From Macrostomum lignano (Eukaryota), in the NCBI GenBank assembly GCA_002269645.1, contig NIVC01000013.1, positions 1,054,001 to 1,118,000 on the forward strand: 64,000 bases of DNA, given 5' to 3'. The translations under genes were made by a program, and so were the position numbers. The notes under the pieces were generated by a model that made no database searches, was not told the DNA's origin, and worked only from the letters and a program-made list of their open reading frames with translations. Shown piece after piece: positions 27,008-36,019 of the stretch (the stretch's first letter is position 1; each line of letters opens with the position of its first letter).

Positions 27008-27463
27008 TCAGAGTCTCGCGCTGACGTCCCCAACTGCTGCTGCAGAGGGTGCCCGACCTCGGCCCATGGCGTAAGCCAACTGCGAGTTCAAGTCCCAGCC
27101 CATGGCTTTGTCCAGGGACCTCGCGCACATGCGCAGCGTCTTATCGTCTGGGGCGCAGACTACGACGCGGTGCGCATTGTGACCGAGGCGTCGGGTCCGG
27201 TCCTGCACCGTGATGAGGCAGCCGTGCCGCTGCCCGATGCTGTTGATGCGCCTGTCCTCGGGGTCTTCGAGCGCCGCTCTCAACTGCAGATTGTCGCGGA
27301 CGATGAACTGTTGCGTTACCGGGACCAGCTTGACGCCTGAGCTCGCCTGCGTTCTCGACGGATGAGCCGGCGGCCGGGCGGCCGCTACTGGCCTTGGACG
27401 GACGCTTCGTTGGCGTGCCCGGTTGTCCTTCGGTTTTTGGGTGCGGTTTCGTCTGGCTGTCAT
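27008..27463 (-). CDS. 151-aa protein, basic N-terminus plus a degenerate KH-like domain
   Basis: GC-rich non-repetitive ORF; pattern QFIV..LQLRAALEDPEDRRINSIGQRHGCLITV...HRVVVCAPDDKTLRMCARSLDKAM resembles the type-I KH beta-alpha-alpha-beta-beta-alpha pattern without GxxG. Confidence 0.65.
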   Translation of the reverse strand: MTARRNRTQKPKDNRARQRSVRPRPVAAARPPAHPSRTQASSGVKLVPVTQQFIVRDNLQLRAALEDPEDRRINSIGQRHGCLITVQDRTRRLGHNAHRVVVCAPDDKTLRMCARSLDKAMGWDLNSQLAYAMGRGRAPSAAAVGDVSARL

Positions 27464-27490
27464 GCCACTTATATAGCTTGATTAGTACAG

Positions 27491-29872
27491 GGGATTGTAG
27501 CCTAGTGTTGGGGGTTGTAGCCTAGTGTTGGGGGTTGTAGCCTAGTGTTGGGGGTTGTAGCCTAGTGTTGGGGGGTTGTAGCCTAGTGTCGGGGATTGTA
27601 GCCTAGTGTTGGGGGTTGTAGCCTAGTGTTGGGGGTTGTAGCCTAGTGTTGGGGGTTGTAGCCTAGTGTTGGGGGTTGTAGCCTAGTGGTGGGGGTTGTA
27701 GCCTAGTGTTGGTGGTTGTAGCCTAGTTTTGGAGGTCGTAGCCTAGTGTTGGGGGTTGTAGTATATAGTGTTGGTGGTTGTAGCCTAGTGTTGGGGGTTG
27801 TAGCCTAGTGTTGGGGGTTGTAGCCTAGTGGTGGGGGTTGTAGCCTAGTGTTGGGGGTTGTAGCCTAGTGTTGGTGGTTGTAGCCTAGTTTTGGAGGTCG
27901 TAGCCTAGTTTTGGTGGTTGTAGCCTAGTGTTAGGTGTTGTAGCCTAGTGGTGGGGGTTGTAGCCTAGTGTTGGGGGTTGTAGCCTAGTGTTAGGGATTG
28001 TAGCCTAGTGGTGGGGGTTGTAGCTTAGTGTGAGAGGGGTTTTAGCCTAGTGTTGGGGGTTGTAGCCTAGTGTTGGGGGTTGTAGCCTAGTGTTAGGGGT
28101 TGTAGCCTAGTGTTGGGGGTTGTAGCCTAGTGTTGGGGGTTGTAGCCTAGTGTTGGGGGTTGTAGCTTAGTGTTGGGGGTTGTAGCCTAGTGTTGGGGGT
28201 TGTAGCCTAGTGTTGGGGGTTGTAGCCTAGTGGTGGGGGTTGTAGCCTAGTGTTGGGGGTTGTAGCCTAGTGGTGGGGGTTGTAGCCTAGTCTTGGGGGT
28301 TGTAGCCTAGTGGTGGGGGTTGTAGCTTAGTGTGAGGGGTTTTAGCCTAGTGTTGGGGGTTGTAGCCTAGTGTTGGGGGTTGTAGCCTAGTGTTGGGGGT
28401 TGTAGCCTAGTGGTGGGGGTTGTAGCATATAGTGGTGGGGGTTGTAGCCTAGTGTTGGGGGTTGTAGCCTAGTGTTGGGGGTTGTAGCGTATAGTGGTGG
28501 GGGTTGTAGCCTAGTGTTGGGGGTTGTAGCCTAGTGTTGGGGGTTGTAGCCTAGTGGTGGGGGTTGTAGCCTAGTGTTGGGGGTTGTAGCCTAGTCGTGG
28601 GGGTTGTAGCCTAGTGTTGGGGGTAGTAGCCTAGTGGTGGGGGTTGTAGCCTAGTGGTGGGGGTTGTAGCCTAGTGTTGGGGGTTGTAGCCTAGTCGTGG
28701 GGGTTGTAGCCTAGTGTTGGGGGTTGTAGCCTAGTCGTGGGGTTGTAGCCTAGTGTTGGGGGTAGTAGCCTAGTGGTGGGGGTTGTAGCCTAGTGGTGGG
28801 GGTTGTAGCCTAGTGGTGGGGGTTGTAGCCTAGTGTTGGGGGTTGTAGCCTAGTGTTAGGGGTTGTAGCCTAGTGTTGGGGGTTGTAGACTAGTGGTGGG
28901 GGTTGTAGCCTAGTGTTGGGGGTTGTAGCCTAGTGTTGGGGGTTGTAGCCTAGTGGTGGGGGTTGTAGCCTAGTGTTGGGGGTTGTAGCCTAGTGGTGGG
29001 GGTTGTAGCCTAGTCTTGGGGGTTGTAGCCTAGTGGTGGGGGTTGTAGCTTAGTGTGAGGGGTTTTAGCCTAGTGTTGGGGGTTGTAGCCTAGTGTTGGG
29101 GGTTGTAGCCTAGTGTTGGGGTTGTAGCCTAGTGGTGGGGGTTGTAGCATATAGTGGTGGGGGTTGTAGCCTAGTGTTGGGGGTTGTAGCCTAGTGTTGG
29201 GGGTTGTAGCGTATAGTGGTGGGGGTTGTAGCCTAGTGTTGGGGGTTGTAGCCTAGTGTTGGGGGTTGTAGCATATAGTGGTGGGGGTTGTAGCCTAGTG
29301 TTGGGGGTTGTAGCCTAGTCGTGGGGGTTGTAGCCTAGTGTTGGGGGTTGTAGCCTAGTGGTGGGGGTTGTAGCCTAGTGTTGGGGTTGTAGCCTAGTCG
29401 TGGGGGTTGTAGCCTAGTGTTGGGGGTTGTAGCCTAGTCGTGGGGTTGTAGCCTAGTGTTGGGGGTAGTAGCCTAGTGGTGGGGGTTGTAGCCTAGTGGT
29501 GGGGGTTGTAGCCTAGTGGTGGGGTTGTAGCCTAGTGTTGGGGGTTGTAGCCTAGTGTTAGGGGTTGTAGCCTAGTGTTGGGGGTTGTAGACTAGTGGTG
29601 GGGGTTGTAGCCTAGTGTTGGGGGTTGTAGCCTAGTGTTGGGGGTTGTAGCCTAGTGTTGGGGGTTGTAGCCTAGTGTTGGGGGTTGTAGCCTAGTGTTG
29701 GGGGTTGTAGCGTATAGTGGTGGGGGTTGTAGCCTAGTGGGGGGTTGTAGCCTAGTGTTGGGGGTTGTAGCCTAGTGTTGGGGGTTGTAGCATATAGTGG
29801 TAGGGGTTGTAGCCTAGTGTTGGGGGTTGTAGCCTAGTGTTGGGGGTTGTAGCATATAGTGGTGGGGGTTGC
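27491..29872. repeat. 2.4-kb G-rich 20-bp minisatellite
   Basis: GCCTAGTG(T/G)TGGGGGTTGTA units; a diagnostic variant block at about 28290-28350 recurs at about 29010-29070. Confidence 0.99.
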
Positions 29873-29904
29873 AGCTATATTAAAGTCATTACCCAACTTT
29901 ACAA

Positions 29905-30874
29905 TCAAAAGCAATGTGCAAGCATTTTACTAGCAATAATATTTACCGTTTCCAGTTTCACAGAGATTTCGTGACTAACAGTAGGCAGAATCGAGGGCTG
30001 CGGCTGGACAGGCGTGCTTGGCTGGTGCCACCTGGGAGATCCAGATGAAGAACTGCTGGATCGAATGCTATTGTGCCGCTGCTGTTGCCGCTGCTGTTGC
30101 CGTTGCTGTTGTGGTGACAAGTTTGCAAAGTAAGGCGATGCGACTCGCTGCTGCTGCTGTTGTTGCTGCGGTAGCGGGGAAGGTGGCAGACGAACAACGC
30201 TGCTGTGACCTCCGGTGCTGGCTGGACTTCTCGTTCGAAGTCTCGGCGTCGGCTCTGGCGTCGACGATTTCGCCAGATCAGATTCCGGGGCGCCTCTTTG
30301 TTGACGCCTCGGGCTGCATCGAAAATACGCATCGCCATCGGCCTGCAGCAGGCCCGAGTCCAGCATCTGGCCGAGCAGAGCTGACTCCAGCTTCTCAAGT
30401 AGTTGCGGTAGCAGCTTCTCGGTCAGGTAGGCCTGTGCCAAGCGGCGCAGGATGTGCAGCAGCTCGTGACGCGAGTAGGACCGACTGTGGCTGAGACTTT
30501 CAATGCCGGCTCGGATCAGAGCGGTCAGGCTGCTGGCGCCCACGGTGCGCTGCAGCAGTGCCAGGAGTTCGGCGTCGCTCGCCACGCACGCGGCGGCTGC
30601 AGGGCCGCGGCTGACAGTCGCCGATCCCGAGGCCGATCGGGCAGCTCGCAGCCGGCGCATAGCGGCAGCCAGGTCGCCAGCCGCTCCGACATTGGTTGAG
30701 TCGCCTGCGAAGCTGGCGCCGGGAAACCGGCTAGAGCGCAGGATGGAGCAGTCGGACAGAGTGCTGCACACGCTGTCGCATAAGTCGTCGATGCCTCGTC
30801 TGGAGTTTTGCTGCTGCTGTTGCTGTTGCTGCTGCTGTTGTTGTTGTTGTTGCTGTTGTTGTTGTTGCTGCTGC

Positions 30875-30905
<31 letters not shown>

Positions 30906-30946
30906 GCTGTTGTTGTTGTTGCCGTTGCTGTTGTTGCTGTTGTTGC

Positions 30947-30981
<35 letters not shown>

Positions 30982-31045
30982 TTGCAACTGTAACAGCAGA
31001 GGAGGAGAACGCGGGAAGATGTCAAACGAACGAAATCGACTTCTG

Positions 31046-31084
<39 letters not shown>

Positions 31085-31260
31085 AGCTGTTGTGGATTCT
31101 GTTTGTCTGGTAATTCTTTGCTTAGTCGTAACTTTGCAGCCTGTAATAGGCTTGGATTATGCAGAAATCTGCTGCCTTCGTGCCTTGGTTGTTGCTGTTG
31201 CTGCTGTTGTTTACGTAGCAAACTGTTGGCGATGTTGTGGGGCAACTGCTGTTGCAGCAT
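29905..31260 (-). CDS. Poly-glutamine protein (451 aa) with a putative winged-helix/H15-like domain
   Basis: Long ORF with mixed CAA/CAG Q tracts and a non-repetitive amphipathic segment SSLTALIRAGIESL...SRHELLHILRR...LESALLGQMLDSGLLQADGDAYFR. It may be an exon of a larger gene (donor-like ACG|GTAAAT at 29946). Confidence 0.7.
30808..30984. repeat. CAG/CAA trinucleotide tract encoding Q20-R-Q38
   Basis: 59 codons counted, one CGG interruption. Confidence 0.95.
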
Positions 31261-31654
31261 GCCTTGCTTTGGCTTGCCGAGTAAGGCCCGAAATGTAAAC
31301 AGAAAAATTCTTATAGTATGCCTGCCTGTTTTGAATTTGCGATCTTCAGCTTCTTAAATTCCTCGTTAAGATCTTCTTAGTAAGTATTGACTCAAGTGCC
31401 GCTCATGAGGCAGCAACGAAATCTGCACCTTGATTAGAATTAGAGCAACAATGTTTGGCTGGGATGTGGGCAGTGGGATGATCTGTCTATGGCTGGGGGT
31501 CAGCTGGTGTCAGCCATGAGCTGTCTGTGCTCTTCATCAATCAAGTTACATAGTTTTGGAGCTTGTCTGCACGAGAATTGGCTCCGGCGGGTTGTCTTGC
31601 AATTCACTCCCCAATTGAGTGCCAACCCCCAAGGCGCAGAGAGTGTACATGCCT

Positions 31655-32012
31655 GGTCAAGTCAAGTCAAGTCAAGTCAAGTCAAATCAGGTCAAGTCAG
31701 GTCAGGTCAGGTCAGGTCAAGTCAAGTCAAGTCAAGTCAAGTCAAGTCAAGTCAAGTCAAGTCAAGTCAAGTCAAGTCAAGTCAAGTCAAGTCAAGTCAA
31801 GTCAAGTCAGGTCAACCTAAGTCAGGTCAAGTCAAGTCAAGTCAAATCAGGTCAAGTCAGGTCAGGTCAGGTCAAGTCAAGTCAAGTCAAGTCAAGTCAA
31901 GTCAAGTCAAGTCAAGTCAAGTCAAGTCAAGTCAAGTCAAGTCAAGTCACGTCAAGTCACGTCAAGTCAAGTCAAGTCAAGTCAAGTCAAGTCAAGTCAA
32001 GCCAAGTCAAGC
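31655..32012. repeat. (GTCAA)n pentanucleotide microsatellite
   Basis: GTCAA/GTCAG units. Confidence 0.98.
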
Positions 32013-32351
32013 CAAAAGGACACCGCGAAACGCCTTGGGTTAGCTAGCAGCGATAGTGCATGGCTTTGTGGCAATGACCTCTGTTAAACCTCTCCAACTT
32101 GCAATTATGAATTAATATTATGCAAGCTAAGCAATGTTACAGAGTAATTTACTGGAACACCGAAAATTGTTTTTAACATTGCTAGTCTGCCAGTGAAGTC
32201 AGCCATGCGATAAAAAAAGAACCAAATCAGACAAATTAATAGTTGGATCCGCCATTTTTTCTAGCACAGAACAATTTCCTGAGCTATAGAAGAGAGACAC
32301 GGAGCGCTCAAAGCTAGTATAGTACGTAGTTGTCAAGGAAAATCAGCGACA

Positions 32352-32708
32352 ATGGAAGTGGCAACGTTAACATTTTTCATAATTATTGGTTTCGTGTTCG
32401 CTTCAATACTGATGCTGCTCTGGTGCGCTCTGCGGCAGAGGTACGCCACACCCGCTGCATCAGCGTTGAGCTCGGTTGGTCCTGAGCCGCCGCTGCCGTC
32501 GGAGCATCAGCCACAAGAGTTGCAGGGTCCAGGACTTGTGAGAGGAACCACCGATCAGGTGATCACTTCCAGGCTTCACCAGCACTGCCCTCACCGGTAC
32601 CCGAAACCGCCGCCGAGCTATGATGAAGCGATGCTGGATTTCAGACACCCACCGCCGCCTCCGCCGCCTCCACCACCGCCGCCGCCGCCGGGTATCGTGC
32701 ACATGTGA
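32352..32708 (+). CDS. 118-aa single-pass membrane protein with a PPxY motif and poly-Pro tail
   Basis: ATG start; N-terminal hydrophobic helix LTFFIIIGFVFASILMLLWCAL followed by RQR; PPPSYDEAM; P-rich C-terminus. Confidence 0.75.
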   Translation: MEVATLTFFIIIGFVFASILMLLWCALRQRYATPAASALSSVGPEPPLPSEHQPQELQGPGLVRGTTDQVITSRLHQHCPHRYPKPPPSYDEAMLDFRHPPPPPPPPPPPPPPGIVHM

Positions 32709-33330
32709 CCAACAGGGACCCGCTAGAAGCTAGCGTTGTACCAGGACGTCACGCTCATGTTCTAAGTAGAATTTATTTGATGGCCTAATTTCGCTGAAAA
32801 AAAGCATCATAAATCATCACCTTCTGGTACGTGTTCTTCTAGAAGATCTTCTACTAACAAGCCAATAGAACTAATACAGGTTGGGCCATAGACAACTCGC
32901 AGATTTCTGACTTAGACTACACGACTTAAAGATAAGCAATCAGGTTTTTGGGCCTTAGAAGTTAAGCGACTTGAAAAAACTGCCATAGACTATGAGTTCT
33001 AGGGCAAGGAAATTAAGAGCCTGTATTGGAACCATGGATGCAAGAATTTAGGTCAATAATTTGATGAAGTATTATAGCTCGTAATAAAGCGAAATTAGGT
33101 CTTCCATTGAATGCGAGCGGTATGTCGTCCTAAACCGCGACTTCTAGCGCTCGTAGGAACCATGTGATATGCATGCGAAAACGTATTTGCTACTTGTAAA
33201 TATTTATTGTTGTATGCGTATTTTATATAGACTTCCTACGTGTACGTTTGACTAACCGGACACAGTGTCTATAACTCATTTTAATTTCTCAATATTTTTG
33301 GCTAACAATTTTTCGATAAACTGTGAGTTA

Positions 33331-34224
33331 AATGGGTCAGAGGGTCAATGGGTCAGATGGTCAATGGGTCAGAGGGTCAATGGGTCAGATGGTCAATGGG
33401 TCAGATGGTCAATGGGTCAGAGGGTCAATGGGTCAGATGGTCAATGGGTCAGAGGGTCAATGGGTCAGAGGGTCAATGGGTCATATGGTCAATGGGTCAG
33501 AGGGTCAATGGGTCAGAGGGTCAATGGGTCAGATGGTCAATGGGTCAGAGGGTCAATGGGTCAGATGGTCAATGGGTCAGAGGGTCAATGGGTCATATTG
33601 TCAATGGGTCAGAGGGTCAATGGGTCAGAGGGTCAATGGGTCATATGGTCAATGGGTCAGAGGGTCAATCGGTCAGAGGGTCAATGGGTCAGATGGTCAA
33701 TGGGTCAGAGGGTCAATGGGTCAGAGGGTCAATGGGTCAGAGGGTCAATGGGTCAGATGGTCAATGGGTCAGAGGGTCAATGGGTCAGAGGGTCAATGGG
33801 TCAGAGGGTCAATGGGTCAGAGGGTCAATGGGTCAGAGGGTCAATGGGTCAGAGGGTCAATGGGTCAGAGGGTCAATGGGTCAGAGGGTCAATGGGTCAG
33901 ATGGTCAATGGGTCAGAGGGTCAATGGGTCAGAGGGTCAATGGGTCAGAGGGTCAATGGGTCAGATGGTCAATGGGTCAGAGGGTCAATGGGTCAGAGGG
34001 TCAATGGGTCAGAGAGTCAATGGGTCAGAGGGTCAATGGCTCAGATGGTCAATGGGTCAGAGGGTCAATGGGTCAGAGGGTCAATCGGTCAGATGGGCAA
34101 TGGGTCAGAGGGTCAATGGGTCAGATGGTTAATGGGTCAGAGGGTCAATGGGTCAGAGGGTCAATGGGTCAGAGGGTCAATGGGTCAGAGGGTCAATGGG
34201 TCAGAGGGTCAATGGGTCAGAGGG
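33331..34224. repeat. 16-bp (2 x 8-bp) minisatellite
   Basis: AATGGGTC alternating with AGAGGGTC or AGATGGTC. Confidence 0.98.
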
Positions 34225-35560
34225 TAGCAAAAATGTAAACATAGCTCAAATTATATTAATATATGAAATTATTGATTTCATAGAAATTATTTCGGCATTG
34301 TATACTTCTAGTATACTATACTGTTGTTAAAAATGTTTATAGTTGAAAATATAAATTATATTATAAAAACACATAGGGATAATTTTGTGTCAACAAAAAC
34401 ACATGAAATAAATATACTCAGTTGATTGTTGTTAAACAGAGTGTATTGTGTTGAATCTAAGTAGATAGATCAATTTAAATTATTCAACAAAAAGTTTTCA
34501 AAAAAGCATTGACAGCTGCTACTTTCTGCAACAATCTGCTTCTGGAAGTACTCGTAATTAGAAAACATTTAAAGTGGCATTAAAAATTAAAGTAAGTTAC
34601 TGTTCCCGTTTGAGCACTAATTCACAGCCATTAGATTAGCAGAAAAAACGCACAATCATTTAACAGGAATATTTATCAAAATACAGAACTTGCGTTGCAT
34701 CTTGAGCAGTAGTGTGACGCGCGTATATAGCGACTTTTTATAGAAAGAAAAGTTTTTGTTTCTAAAATCGAAATTCACTTCAAAAATTCTCATTACTGTC
34801 TGATAATGTTGCACGTAGGAGCCTGTCCTTGCAAATTGATTCATTGATCAAATTAAAACAAAACTGCAAACTGATTTGAAAATTCAAATTTAGCACTGAT
34901 TTGAAAATGTAGATTTAAACAAAAAGTAAAAAATGAACATTAGGAGAAGCAGTCAATGAAAAGCTGTAGCCAACTCAGCTGGGCCAATGGGTCAAAATTC
35001 AAATATGTAAAAATAAAACTAATAAATATTAAACATGTAACTACTGATATGTCTCAGAGCAAATAAAAATGATAACACAAATAAACCATAAACAAAGCGA
35101 AGCTGATTGTTTATATGGCAATTTTTTAAACAAAAAGCACAACACCTTAGAGCAGGAAAAATTCTAAACGACTAACGAAAATGCAGCACGTTTGATTCGA
35201 GAAGGTTTGAAAGTTGTTTTTTTATGTTTCAGAAGTTTTTTTAAAAAACAAACAGTTATAGCTGGATCATGTATAAACTTTGAAAAAAAGTTTATTTCGT
35301 TTCATTTCGTACACAAGGGAAGCCCATTGTGCTTGTTTGAAATACATTTGAATCGGTGGTCCTCGATAGCGTCACAAGCTTAAGTTACTACTGGAGCAGA
35401 ACATTCAGTATTAGAGCAATTCTCTTAGGGTACAAATAGAGGTCAAAACTATGGGCAGACAGGACAGGTACAACTGAAGGTCATAATAAACACCATAACA
35501 GTGAATTGCTAAAAAGGGTACAAATGAAGGTCAAACCTATTTTTAAGGTACAAGTAAAGG

Positions 35561-36019
35561 TCACCGGTAGGTCTCATCCTCGTCAAACCGATATCGCCGT
35601 CCGGTAGCCGACGGCGACGGAACGGCAAAGCCGCCGACAACGGCGCCGCGAAGGAGGGACGAATTCGGCGACCCGACGGTCGACACTCCGTGTTGCAACG
35701 GCGGCTTCGGCGGTGGCGGCGTCGGCGCTCGACGCGACGTCGACGACAGGCCGGCGAGGGTACCGACTGCTCCGGCATCTTCGTAGTCGCCTAGTAACAG
35801 ATTGTTCTTGGCCTCGGCCGTGGCAGCCACCGCAGCTTGCTGTTCGCGAGCTTCTCGGCGGCGACGCTGGAAGAAGGGCGTGCAGAGCGCCAGGAGCAGG
35901 ATGATGAAGCCCAGGATCGCGGCGCCTAGCAGGGCTCCGCCACCGTAGATGAGCACCTTGGTGAGCGGGTCCATCTCTTCCGGTGGCGGTTTGTCCGAGT
36001 TGAACGATTGAAGAACCGG
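35561..36019 (-). CDS. Integrin alpha exon 13 (TM and cytoplasmic tail)
   Basis: tttgcag acceptor; TM VLIYGGGALLGAAILGFIILLLALC; TPFFQRRRRE; TGA at 35561. Confidence 0.9.
   Translation of the reverse strand, partial: PVLQSFNSDKPPPEEMDPLTKVLIYGGGALLGAAILGFIILLLALCTPFFQRRRREAREQQAAVAATAEAKNNLLLGDYEDAGAVGTLAGLSSTSRRAPTPPPPKPPLQHGVSTVGSPNSSLLRGAVVGGFAVPSPSATGRRYRFDEDETYR

Noticed and set aside
27463-29947. Splicing of the poly-Q exon onto the KH-like ORF as one protein
   Set aside because: The candidate donors are phase 0 while the nearby acceptors are phase 1 or 2.
30018-31357. Poly-Cys, poly-Leu, poly-Ala and poly-Asn ORFs
   Set aside because: Alternative or antisense frames of the CAG/CAA tract.
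31489-34330. SSQVK and GQWVRGSM repeat ORFs
   Set aside because: Translations of (GTCAA)n and the 16-bp array; open in several frames at once.
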